DNA of 13,574 nucleotides from Myxococcales bacterium (GCA_045863395.1 BTVJ01000136.1:1-13574), one strand, 5' to 3'. Shown: positions 1 to 8,026, counted from the first letter of the stretch. Notes: generated by a model from the sequence alone, not told the origin. Numbers and translations: made by a program.

Positions 1-1713
1 CTTGCCGTCGTCCACGAAGGTGACGGCCTCGCGCCACAACTCCTCACTGGCCGATGAGAACAGGTCGCGCTTGATGGCGTCAGCGAACGTCTGCACGTAC
101 ATCTCGCGCGAGGACCCGTCCGTGCGCAGCCCCACTTCGTTGTAGCCGCTCAGACCCTTGCGGGTCCGGTGCGCCATGTAGACGTTTGGATATCCGCTCT
201 CGTACAGCTTGTTACAGGTCAGCGCCGCCTCGGCGTTGTTCTCCGGCAGGATCCACGCCTTGCCGTAGTACCACGCCACCAGGAGGGCGTACTCCGCCAA
301 CTCCACCGGGCCGAGCCACTCGTCCGCGATGTACGCGACGTGCCGCGCCCTGGCGCGGTCCATCACAGACACCACGGCCCGATCCCGGCCGATGCCCTTC
401 GACACGTCCACACCAATGCAGTAGCTCGCGTCGGGACGTGGGCCTTCGAGGATGTTCAGGATCGGCACGCCAGGAATGAGGCGCGTCTCGAACCGCAGAG
501 TGCTCGGCTTCGCGTGGGCCTCCTCCAGCACGTTGTAGCCCTCGGCACTGATCGTCCCCTGCATAGGCGGGTGGCACTTCGGCAGGAACACCCGCTCGAT
601 CTTCGCGTTGTCGAAGCGACACGTCCCCGTCGCGGTGAATGCCTCCAGGTCGTCGGAGGGGAACTCCTGGCGGAAGTTCCGGACCTCGTTGTCGCACTTG
701 TACCGGATGCACCACCGGCGCCACAGCAGGCGTGACCAGGTGATGTGGTCCGGGTGCGCCGCAACCAGCTTGCGCTCGTCTTCGTCCATGCGCAGGCGCT
801 CTGACCGGTTGTGAGCGGCCGAGTCCATGCCGGCGAGCGCCAAGGCCAGCATGTCCTCGAACATGGCCTCGTCGCTCTCCGTGGGGACGTAGGCCGGATA
901 CCCGCGCAGGTGTGAGGCGTCGTAAAGCTGGTGAAGGAACCACGGCAGGAAGATCGCCCGGTAGCCGCCCTCCCCGAGCTTGGCCTTCTGCCAGGTTTCC
1001 CAAAAAAAACCAGACATTCCGTTGGCGGTCGACTCAATCAGGAACGCCACGTCAGGGCTCTCGGGGATGCTGTTCGCGAGGGCCACAGCGATCTCGCCAC
1101 CGCGTGGCCAGAACGCCACCTCCGTCGCGTGCACGAAGTCGACGCGGGAGCCGCGCCCGATGCCTCCCGAGCCCTGCCCGGCCGCGGACACCTTCTGCGT
1201 CCGCCCCGCCGCACAGTAGACCATGAGGCTGGAGCCGAGCCCCGGGTTCGTCGCGCGGTAGCCTCCGTCCGGGTTGTCGTACTCCAAGTTGCGGCCTGCG
1301 GCGCGGCGCTTCATGGGGCGCATCCATGCCGGCAGGTTCTGGTCGAATGTCTCCTGCATCGCGAACAGAGTCTTGGTGAGCGGATCGGAGTCAGCGACAA
1401 CGGTGATGTTCGCGTTCCGGCGGAACATCAGCATGTGGTGGGCCATGCCCTGCGCCCACGTCGAGATCCGGTGCCGACGGGCCTTGAGGATCACCAGGCG
1501 GACCGGGCGGCCCGTCGCCAGCTCCTCCTCGTAGATGTCGTGGACCAGGCTCTGCGTCGAGAGCATCGGCCCCCAGGGAACCACCTTGCTGTCCTCGTTT
1601 ACGACCTTGAGAGCCCCGCCCAAGTAGGAGCGCCGGTCCCGCCGGAACAGCTCCAGCATCTCCATCTGGCGAGCCTGAAGCTCGGCGCGACTAGCCCCTT
1701 GTGATGGCTGCAT
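1..1713 (-). CDS. terL: Phage terminase large subunit (partial, >571 aa, 3' end beyond the left edge)
   Basis: Manual translation from ATG at 1713 is open to position 1 (MQPSQGASRAELQARQMEMLELFRRD...). Motifs: LVILKARRHRIST (Walker A-like), FVHATEVAFW (Walker B), FLIESTANG (coupling motif), IFLPWF, FRQEFPSD, YCIGVDVSKG (RNase H-like nuclease Asp), ILPENN. Not in the ORF track because there is no stop in the window. Confidence 0.93.
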   Translation of the reverse strand, partial: MQPSQGASRAELQARQMEMLELFRRDRRSYLGGALKVVNEDSKVVPWGPMLSTQSLVHDIYEEELATGRPVRLVILKARRHRISTWAQGMAHHMLMFRRNANITVVADSDPLTKTLFAMQETFDQNLPAWMRPMKRRAAGRNLEYDNPDGGYRATNPGLGSSLMVYCAAGRTQKVSAAGQGSGGIGRGSRVDFVHATEVAFWPRGGEIAVALANSIPESPDVAFLIESTANGMSGFFWETWQKAKLGEGGYRAIFLPWFLHQLYDASHLRGYPAYVPTESDEAMFEDMLALALAGMDSAAHNRSERLRMDEDERKLVAAHPDHITWSRLLWRRWCIRYKCDNEVRNFRQEFPSDDLEAFTATGTCRFDNAKIERVFLPKCHPPMQGTISAEGYNVLEEAHAKPSTLRFETRLIPGVPILNILEGPRPDASYCIGVDVSKGIGRDRAVVSVMDRARARHVAYIADEWLGPVELAEYALLVAWYYGKAWILPENNAEAALTCNKLYESGYPNVYMAHRTRKGLSGYNEVGLRTDGSSREMYVQTFADAIKRDLFSSASEELWREAVTFVDDGK

Positions 1714-2128
1714 TGCGCCTCATGTCCTCGAGTTCCTCGAGCATGTCTTCGATGCTCGCCACCCGATCCTGTCCAGGCGGGAGCGGCCCGTAGGCACCCG
1801 CGATCTTTGCCGCCCTCTCGATAGCGCCGATGCGATCCCGCAGGATCTTCGCCTCGCTTTCGTTCTTCGGGTCCGCGAAAGCGCAGCGAAGCGCCATGAG
1901 TGCGAGCAGGTGTCGCGTTCTGTTGCCGGAGATCCCGTCCTCGTCCATCGCCTCGGACAGAAGCTCCATGGCCTTCTGCTCGGATTGGGAGAGCTTCTTC
2001 CCACCCATGGCGGGGATGGCGGGGACCTGAGCGCGTGGCGGGGGGGAGTAGCCCGTGGGCAGTATCGTCTGCTGGCCGTCTTGGGCCTGGATTACGAGCG
2101 ACGAGTCCTTGTTCCTTTGCTTGGGCAT
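1691..2128 (-). CDS. Putative terminase small subunit (145 aa, MPKQRNKDSS...RRNAAITRG)
   Basis: Helical, charged ORF directly upstream of terL and overlapping its start by 23 nt. Start taken as ATG 2128 rather than the track's 2422, which lies deep inside the recombinase. Function assigned by position and size only. Confidence 0.6.
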   Translation of the reverse strand: MPKQRNKDSSLVIQAQDGQQTILPTGYSPPPRAQVPAIPAMGGKKLSQSEQKAMELLSEAMDEDGISGNRTRHLLALMALRCAFADPKNESEAKILRDRIGAIERAAKIAGAYGPLPPGQDRVASIEDMLEELEDMRRNAAITRG

Positions 2129-3051
2129 ACGCTGACAAGCAGCGTACCAGCGGCTGCAACGTCCCGTCCACCCAGATGAACGTAGCGCCCCACCATGCGC
2201 GCTGACGTGTGCCGCATGTACTTCATGATCAACTGGTCGCTCGCCCCCCGCGCCGCGAGCGCCGTCCCGCAGGAATGACGGAGCCCGTGGAAGCTCACCC
2301 GGGCCACCCCGGCGCAGCGACACGCCTCTGCCAGCCACTCGTTGACCTTCGCGGCGTGAAGCGGGCGCCCGCGCTTGCTGTGCAGCAACGTGGGGCTGTT
2401 GAGCATCTTGGCGTGCTTCCATTGCTCTTGCAGAGGCCCGATCTCCTCCGCGTGCAACTCGTAGGTCACGGTGGCGTTGCCCTTGGTCGAGGTCGCCTCA
2501 CCGTCCGCGGCCATGTGCTGGAGCACCCGCACCCGGGCACCCACCGACCCCTTCTTCGCGCCATCCACAAAGGTCACATCCTGTGGGCGAAGCGCGCGAA
2601 CCTCCCCGTTGCGCAACCCGAGCCGCCCCGCCAGCCAGATGGCCAGCGCAGGCACCGGCTCCAGCGCCCACCACACCGCCCCCATGAGCTTCTGGAAGTC
2701 CTCCGGGTTCAGGTAGTTGTCGAAGTCCTCGTCGAGCTTCTCTGCCCGGCGGACTCGGACCTTCGCGAAGGGGTTGCGGGAGCACACCTCCCACTCGATA
2801 CCCTTCTCGAACACCCGAGAGAAGAGCTGCACGACGTTCTGGCGCGTCGACGCGCTCAGGCCTGCCGCCGCCAGGGCCGCCGCGAAGGCGTCCGCCTCGC
2901 GGATCGTGACCTTCCCCACGTCCTTCTCGCCGATATCGCCTATAGACAGATGGGCGCGCAGGTAGCACCCGCAGACCCGCAGGCTCGAACGTTTGAAGCT
3001 TTGGGGGGCGGCTACCGTGAGCCACTGTTCGATGAGTTCCTTGACCAGCAT
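2092..3051 (-). CDS. Tyrosine recombinase (phage integrase/XerC-like family), 319 aa
   Basis: Catalytic residues present: LGLRNGEV (R), STKG (K), FHGLRHS (HxxR), MRHTS (H), VGRYVH (Y). SAM-like core-binding region (LSASTRQNVVQLFSRVFEKGIEWEVCSRNPF). No obvious N-terminal arm-binding domain. SD AGGAGGTG just upstream. Confidence 0.93.
   Translation of the reverse strand: MLVKELIEQWLTVAAPQSFKRSSLRVCGCYLRAHLSIGDIGEKDVGKVTIREADAFAAALAAAGLSASTRQNVVQLFSRVFEKGIEWEVCSRNPFAKVRVRRAEKLDEDFDNYLNPEDFQKLMGAVWWALEPVPALAIWLAGRLGLRNGEVRALRPQDVTFVDGAKKGSVGARVRVLQHMAADGEATSTKGNATVTYELHAEEIGPLQEQWKHAKMLNSPTLLHSKRGRPLHAAKVNEWLAEACRCAGVARVSFHGLRHSCGTALAARGASDQLIMKYMRHTSARMVGRYVHLGGRDVAAAGTLLVSVCPSKGTRTRRS
2128..2146. 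repeat. Perfect inverted repeat TACGCTG-ACAAG-CAGCGTA at the terS start / recombinase 3' end
   Basis: 7-bp arms with a 5-bp spacer, read directly from the sequence. Confidence 0.8.
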
Positions 3052-3060
3052 GGGACACCT

Positions 3061-3103
3061 CCTGTATGTGCAGACAAGCTACAACATACGGAAGTGCTGT
3101 CAA
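3061..3103 (-). promoter_or_regulatory. Sigma70-type promoter for the recombinase (TTGACA-N16-TAGCTT) overlapped by an imperfect palindrome
   Basis: Perfect -35 TTGACA (3098-3103, - strand) and -10-like TAGCTT (3076-3081) in the 68-nt recT-int gap. GTATGT (3064-3069) and ACATAC (3084-3089) form an inverted pair straddling the -10. Confidence 0.6.
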
Positions 3104-3119
3104 GTGTGAATCTGTAGCG

Positions 3120-4124
3120 TTAGTCCGCGCCCGGCTCTGGCGCGTCGGAGGAGGGGCCCCACCCTCCGCGCTCGGCGGGGACCGACTCGGGGGCGGGCTT
3201 GGCCTTGGTCGAGCGGCTGGACTCGGGGAGCTGCTGGCGTGGGGGCTCGTCGGGCACCGTCACATCGCCCTCGATCATGGGCCCCACCGCGTCGGGGTCG
3301 CCCACGTCCGTCGCGTAGGCGTCCGTCATGAGGCGCCCGCCCTCGATGCGCGTAACGCGTTCCTCCGACCCGAACGCGGCCTCCGCCTCGGGGGTGAGGG
3401 TCAGGCTGTGACGCAGGCGCTGGATCGCGCTCTTGCGCGCCATGCGGTCCGGCCACTGGTGCCACGGCGACTCCGGCTCCTTGCCCGGCTTCGCGTACCG
3501 GATGGCGTTCATATGCGCCTCGGACGTGTCGCGGATCTTCGCGAGGTCCGACCCGGACAGCCACTCGACCGGGCCGTCGGTCCCGTCGAGCATCACGGCG
3601 CGGGCGTAGGCCCCGACGATCTCGCCACGGTCGCCCTTCAGGTAGGGCTTGTGAACCACGCGGTTGCAGCCGAGGTCCACGTCGATGTCGTCCGCCTCGA
3701 AGACAGCGTGCGCGATGATGCACTTCACGCCGCCGTGCCGCTCCATGAGCTTCCGCGAGCCGTGGTAGCCCATCTGGAAGTTCGCGACCATGAGCCCGCG
3801 CCCGGCGTCGTCGGTGCCGTACCGCTTGTCCCGGCGCGGAATCAGGAACGCCTCCTGCATCGTCGGGTCGAAGCTCAGACCAGCCGCGATGCCGCGGAGG
3901 ATCCCGCCGAACAGGGTTGCCGGCACGCACTCGGCCAGCTTCGGCGTCGTCTGGATGCACAGGAGCGCCGTCTCCATGACCACGCCCGGGTCGATGTTGC
4001 GTCCCGCGAGCCGCTGGATCTCGCTGGCCTTCTTGTCGAACCATGACCGCATGGTGTCCTGCACCCTCTCAGGGCGCTGCGCCACCGCCTGCACGGGGCG
4101 CCTCTGCACCTCTTGTCCCGCCAT
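3120..4124 (-). CDS. recT: RecT family single-strand annealing recombinase, 334 aa
   Basis: RecT motifs: TPKLAECVPATLFGGIL..IAAGLSFDP..QEAFLIPR, FQMGYHG..KLMER, EIVGAYA, SPWHQWPDRMARKSAIQRL; acidic disordered C-tail. Directly downstream of a YqaJ nuclease. Confidence 0.92.
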   Translation of the reverse strand: MAGQEVQRRPVQAVAQRPERVQDTMRSWFDKKASEIQRLAGRNIDPGVVMETALLCIQTTPKLAECVPATLFGGILRGIAAGLSFDPTMQEAFLIPRRDKRYGTDDAGRGLMVANFQMGYHGSRKLMERHGGVKCIIAHAVFEADDIDVDLGCNRVVHKPYLKGDRGEIVGAYARAVMLDGTDGPVEWLSGSDLAKIRDTSEAHMNAIRYAKPGKEPESPWHQWPDRMARKSAIQRLRHSLTLTPEAEAAFGSEERVTRIEGGRLMTDAYATDVGDPDAVGPMIEGDVTVPDEPPRQQLPESSRSTKAKPAPESVPAERGGWGPSSDAPEPGAD

Positions 4125-4127
4125 CGC

Positions 4128-5336
4128 CTACACCTTGCCCTTGCCCTTGCGGGCCTTGTAGCGGAGCACCCTGAACCGCGACTGCTTCATGAACCGCGGC
4201 CGGGTCTGCTCCCACTCCTGCTCCTCCTGCGGCGACAGGTCCTTCCTGACGCCCCACGATCCCCCCTGCTCTGCGTTGGTCAGCGCCGACCCGTCGAAGA
4301 ACGTGCCCGCATCCGCGCCGTCGAGCAGCACCCGCAGCATGTTCGCCGTCTGGTCGGCCGCCGCCTTGGCCGACTTCGCCGCGGCTTCGATCTCCTTGAC
4401 CTTGGCTTTCTCGTCCTCCCACTGCTGCACCAGGTCAAACGCCTCGTCGGAGAGCTCGCGCACACCGACGGCGGGGCGACCACCGACCCACACCTTGACC
4501 GCCTCCGTCGTCGACTCGTGCCCGTCGAGCATGGTCACGTCCAGCTCCGGCGCCTTGACCTTGGCCCAGAACGCGGCCGACTCATCGCGAAGCTGCGCGA
4601 TCTCCTGCTCGTCGCGGCGGAAGAACCGGATCAGGTCCCGGTGCCCGACCAGGGCAAGCACCATGCCCATGGTGAACAGGGGCCCGAACACCAGCATCCC
4701 GTGCGCCACCTGAAGCGCGTAGCTCTCGGGCAGGGTCGCGGCCTTGGTCGCCTCCCCGGTGGCGTTGTCGTCGAGGTGCTCCCACCACCCCTCCTCGCGC
4801 CGCGGGTACTTCACGTCCAGCACGACCATCTCCCCGTTGGGGTGCATGGCGATGGCGTCCGCCGAGTACAGGTTGTGCTCGTCGCCCGGAGTCATGGAAC
4901 GGACGGTGGCGCCGATCTGCACAACCAGCCAGTCGGGGTGCGAGACCCGGAAGCCGCGCACGATGCCGTGCTCCATCTGGCTGCCCCAGAACCGGGGGGA
5001 GGACTCCCCCTCGCGGTAGTCGGGCTCGTCCTCGATGGGTGCCTCGGAGCGCTTCTCCAGGTACAGGGCGCCCCTGCCCTTGAAGCGGTCGACGCCACGG
5101 ATGGCGCCGCGGTCGCTCCCGCCGATGCCCTGCCGCCTGGCGAACAGCCAGTCAGTGCGTGACAGGTCCCCGGTCCAGCAGACCACCTCGACGTTGCAGT
5201 AGGCTTCGAGCCACGCGCAGAGAGCGGCGCGGCGCGCCCCCTCCGGCATCGGGCTCTGCTCCAGCGCCAGCACGTCCAGGCGGGCAAACAGGTCACCCGT
5301 AGCGCGGCTCTCGCCTTTGCTTTGCCTCAATTCCAT
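4128..5336 (-). CDS. YqaJ-like viral recombinase exonuclease (lambda-Exo family), about 402 aa
   Basis: WLFARRQGIGGSD..AI.G....K....LYLEK signature, WGSQME, SADA...VLDVK (PD-(D/E)xK), YALQVAHGM. ATG 5336 has SD AAGGAG; an alternative GTG at 5357 overlaps the upstream stop. Confidence 0.88.
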   Translation of the reverse strand: MELRQSKGESRATGDLFARLDVLALEQSPMPEGARRAALCAWLEAYCNVEVVCWTGDLSRTDWLFARRQGIGGSDRGAIRGVDRFKGRGALYLEKRSEAPIEDEPDYREGESSPRFWGSQMEHGIVRGFRVSHPDWLVVQIGATVRSMTPGDEHNLYSADAIAMHPNGEMVVLDVKYPRREEGWWEHLDDNATGEATKAATLPESYALQVAHGMLVFGPLFTMGMVLALVGHRDLIRFFRRDEQEIAQLRDESAAFWAKVKAPELDVTMLDGHESTTEAVKVWVGGRPAVGVRELSDEAFDLVQQWEDEKAKVKEIEAAAKSAKAAADQTANMLRVLLDGADAGTFFDGSALTNAEQGGSWGVRKDLSPQEEQEWEQTRPRFMKQSRFRVLRYKARKGKGKV

Positions 5337-5353
5337 GTTCTCTCCTTCGCGGG

Positions 5354-6325
5354 TCACGCCCGCAGCTCGCGCAAGTCAGGGCCAAAGACGAAGATGTCCG
5401 GCCCACAGATCCCCCGGATGCGACTCTTGACCGTCTGGCCCCTGCTCTCCCCCAGCACGTCCAGCGGCACGTTCGAGCTGAAGACCGTGCGAAGTCCCTC
5501 GTGCCCACCCTTCGCCCGGTGCTCGTAGCGGTAGCCCAGCAGCTCCTCGTACCAGTCGCCCCGAGCGCCGGTCCACGAATTGGCCCGGCCGCACTCGTCC
5601 ACCACGAGGAGCGGGATGGTTCGGAGCTCCGGGGTCGCCCACTCCGCCCACTGGTCCTTGTTGGACTTCGCCGCAGAGGCGATGGCCGCTAGGCGCTGCT
5701 CCGAGACGATGGCGACGTTGAGCCCGTCTTTCCAGCAGCGCGCCGCCAGGCGACACACGGCAAAGGTCTTGCCCGTCCCCGCCGAGCCGTAGATGAACGC
5801 CCCGGCGCGCTTGCCCTGGCGCACCGCGTAGAGCGCCTTGTACGCCTCCTCCAGCCCCGGCTCGCAGTCGGTGTGTGTCGGCGCTCCAAGCGGGTCACGA
5901 GGCCACCACGGGGGCGGGCTGTCCTTCACCGCTGCCCACGAAGGCCATACGTCCCGGTGAGACGCTCGGGTCCAGCGGTCGGCCGCCAGCTCAGACAGCG
6001 CCACGTCATGCGTCACCGCGCACACCGTCGAGTCCGGGTCGTCGAAGCGGGTCAACAGCGGCTTGTCGGATAGAACGCACTGAGGGCACGACCCGTCCGC
6101 CGAGTAGTCGCCGCGGTAGTGGACAGGGATCCGCACCGTCGGGTGCTTCGAGCACGGGTAGCTCTGAACGGGCTGTGGGTTGTCGGAGGCGTCGATGCAC
6201 GCTTGCCGGACGTGGGCCGGTGCGTTCTCCGCGAACGCCTTGCGCAGCTCGGCCTTGTTGAACGCGGTGCCAGCGTGCGCCGCTCGCGCTGCCCGGCTGA
6301 TGGCGTCGTACATGTTCGTGCTCAA
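5354..6325 (-). CDS. DnaC/IstB-like AAA+ helicase loader
   Basis: Walker A GSAGTGKT, Walker B LLVVDE, sensor TVFSSN, arginine finger KSRI, FGPDLR end; N-terminal C/H cluster (CSKH...CPQC). Directly follows the initiator (TTG 6325 overlaps its TGA; alternative ATG at 6313). Confidence 0.88.
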   Translation of the reverse strand: MSTNMYDAISRAARAAHAGTAFNKAELRKAFAENAPAHVRQACIDASDNPQPVQSYPCSKHPTVRIPVHYRGDYSADGSCPQCVLSDKPLLTRFDDPDSTVCAVTHDVALSELAADRWTRASHRDVWPSWAAVKDSPPPWWPRDPLGAPTHTDCEPGLEEAYKALYAVRQGKRAGAFIYGSAGTGKTFAVCRLAARCWKDGLNVAIVSEQRLAAIASAAKSNKDQWAEWATPELRTIPLLVVDECGRANSWTGARGDWYEELLGYRYEHRAKGGHEGLRTVFSSNVPLDVLGESRGQTVKSRIRGICGPDIFVFGPDLRELRA

Positions 6326-7380
6326 AACGGTATCTCCGCGTCAAGGGCTGCGACTTCTTCAATGCTCATGCCCGCATAGGCCCTGGGGGCCATGTTCTTG
6401 TTCTCCGCCCACGGGTTGTAGCCGTGGTTGGGGTTGAAGCTCCCGTCCGGGTTCGTTGGAGCTCCCGGGGCCCCGAAGCCTTTGCGTTGGCCGTTGACGG
6501 GGGCGCCGCTGGGCTGTGCGCCCGCTCGCCACTCCGCCTCCAGCTTGCCGTCCTTCCTCGCCCGCTCCATCCAGGTCCCCAGAGCGCCCGTCGTGTTCGT
6601 GTACCTGCGCCCCTTCGGGCTCTCCTGCCAGTCCTCAAAGGCAGCGATGCGCCACTTCCAGTCCACTGGCCAGCCGAGGAGCTTCTCCCGGTCGATGGCC
6701 CAGCGGACCACGCAGTCAACGGTCTGCGTCGCCGGCCCGTCGGTTCTGGCAAGGGCTCGAAGCTGGTACTCCACCAAGGGCTGCATGTGCGCCGGGACAG
6801 GCACAGGCTCGGGAGGGGGTGTCGGCTCCTTCTTGGCCTTCCTCTTCGGCGCAGCCGGTTCCACGGGAGGCGGCGCGAGCGCGAAGCCTCGCGCGCTACC
6901 CTCCGAAGGAGGGTTCTTGTCTTGTCTTGTCTCCTCTACTCTACTCTCCTCTACTCTAGGCGGAATTTTCCGGCAAAGTCCGGAACTTTCCGGAACTTTC
7001 CGGAACAGGCCGGGAAGCTCTGAAACATCAATAAACTCCGTTGGTTCAGGGCTGCGTCGCTGTCGGCGCTTCCGTACCATCTCGCGCGGCTGGTCCGCCT
7101 CCCACCCACCGAACTCCGCCCACAAGGCTCCATCATCCGCCTTGTACAGCCCGATCAACTGCAACAGGGCCATCTCGATGAGGGCGGCCTCGACGTCCTC
7201 CAGGGAACGCTGAGACGCTGGAGTGCACATCAGCTTGATGCGCAGCGGGTCTACCTGGACCGCGCCGTAGTCGTCAGCGTGCAGCGGTAGCCGCATCGCC
7301 AGGATCTGCCCGTACTCCGAGAGCATGGCGTGCCTCGGGTCGGTGCACACCGCCTTCTGCGTCGCTCGCCAGTCGGCCAC
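6322..7380 (-). CDS. Phage replication initiator (O-like/DnaD-like), 352 aa
   Basis: N-terminal winged-helix-type segment (LPLHADDYG...LIEMALLQLIGLY...WEADQ), a central repeat-coded linker (RKVPESSG, RVEESRVEETRQDK) and a Pro/Lys-rich hinge. Lies between a Cro-like gene and a DnaC-like loader. Confidence 0.8.
   Translation of the reverse strand: MADWRATQKAVCTDPRHAMLSEYGQILAMRLPLHADDYGAVQVDPLRIKLMCTPASQRSLEDVEAALIEMALLQLIGLYKADDGALWAEFGGWEADQPREMVRKRRQRRSPEPTEFIDVSELPGLFRKVPESSGLCRKIPPRVEESRVEETRQDKNPPSEGSARGFALAPPPVEPAAPKRKAKKEPTPPPEPVPVPAHMQPLVEYQLRALARTDGPATQTVDCVVRWAIDREKLLGWPVDWKWRIAAFEDWQESPKGRRYTNTTGALGTWMERARKDGKLEAEWRAGAQPSGAPVNGQRKGFGAPGAPTNPDGSFNPNHGYNPWAENKNMAPRAYAGMSIEEVAALDAEIPF
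6898..7040. repeat. Putative phage origin of replication inside the initiator gene
   Basis: Six phased 10-bp units at 6961-7020 (CGGAATTTTC, CGGCAAAGTC, CGGAACTTTC, CGGAACTTTC, CGGAACAGGC, CGGGAAGCTC); pyrimidine-rich 5-mers TCTTG x3 and CTCTA/CTCTC at 6915-6958; hairpin ACCCTCC-GAA-GGAGGGT at 6898-6914; AT-rich patch at 7021-7036. Confidence 0.75.
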
Positions 7381-7383
7381 GGC

Positions 7384-7602
7384 TCACCCCGCCTCGTCGC
7401 TGTCAGCTCCATCGGCGGCCTCAGGAGCGAGGGCGAGCCCCAGCGTCCTGAGCAGCTTCTCCAGTACCTCATGGCCCTTCGTGCGGCCCAGCTCGCAGTT
7501 CACGATGACCGCGTACCCCACGCCAGCCTCGACGGCCAGCTTCTCCCGAGACCAGCCCCGCGCTTCCCTCGCCTCTCGAATGCTCTCGCCAACATCAACC
7601 AT
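7384..7602 (-). CDS. XRE/Cro-like helix-turn-helix regulator, 72 aa
   Basis: MVDVGESIREAREARGWSREKLAVEAGVGYAVIVNCELGRT is a typical HTH_3 pattern. SD TGGAGGTG supports ATG 7602 rather than the track's 7686. Confidence 0.88.
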   Translation of the reverse strand: MVDVGESIREAREARGWSREKLAVEAGVGYAVIVNCELGRTKGHEVLEKLLRTLGLALAPEAADGADSDEAG

Positions 7603-7741
7603 TGCGGCACCTCCATTGCCGGCATGGTGCCACGGACAATTTTGTTGCACAAGTGAAAAAACATTGTCGATTGCGCTTGCATCCATCCCGAAGGTTATGC
7701 ATGATGGCCCCAGATGGACGGCAACACGAAGGAGGACGACG
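7603..7741. promoter_or_regulatory. Divergent promoter/operator region
   Basis: Low-GC gap between the divergent arms. 34-bp imperfect palindrome at 7635-7668 (13/16 arm matches); candidate rightward promoter TTGCAT-N17-CATGAT (7677-7705); weaker leftward TTGTGC-N17-CACCAT with extended TG (7652-7624); SDs on both sides. Confidence 0.65.
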
Positions 7742-8026
7742 ATGCTGTACGAGGTAGAGCGCGAGGACGTGGACCCGGTCTACACGGCCACGGTGACCGA
7801 CGCGAATGGAGCGGCGCAGCTAGGGCTCCCGGACGGCGTGGTGGCGACGGTCTACCGCTGCACCGTGAGGCACATCACCCAACCCGTCATGGCGGCGCTC
7901 CTCAACGCCTGCGTCGATGGGCGCCCACTCCCGTGGGACGAGCGGGTTCCTGTGCGGCGGTACATTGGCCAGCCGGGGGACGGGCCGAACCTTGGCAACG
8001 AGGGGCACGGGGAGGGGGAGTCGTGA
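7742..8026 (+). CDS. Hypothetical protein, 94 aa (MLYEVEREDVDPVYTATV...)
   Basis: Strong SD AAGGAGG before ATG 7742; its TGA overlaps the rusA GTG (GTGA coupling). Confidence 0.72.
   Translation: MLYEVEREDVDPVYTATVTDANGAAQLGLPDGVVATVYRCTVRHITQPVMAALLNACVDGRPLPWDERVPVRRYIGQPGDGPNLGNEGHGEGES

Noticed and set aside
212..1327. terL as a fragmented pseudogene (track ORFs 212-1003, 456-1037, 1052-1327)
   Set aside because: Manual translation shows one uninterrupted frame from 1713 to 1; the track ORFs are in other frames.
2129..2422. N-terminal extension of the putative TerS given by the ORF track (243 aa)
   Set aside because: It would overlap the recombinase catalytic region by about 330 nt and reads as off-frame sequence; ATG 2128 is more plausible.
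2092..3119. Classical tRNA-associated att site next to the integrase
   Set aside because: No tRNA or tRNA fragment is visible, and phage genes continue on both sides of the recombinase.
5354..6325. IS21 element (IstB)
   Set aside because: No IstA DDE transposase or terminal inverted repeats; the position after an iteron-bearing initiator indicates a helicase loader.
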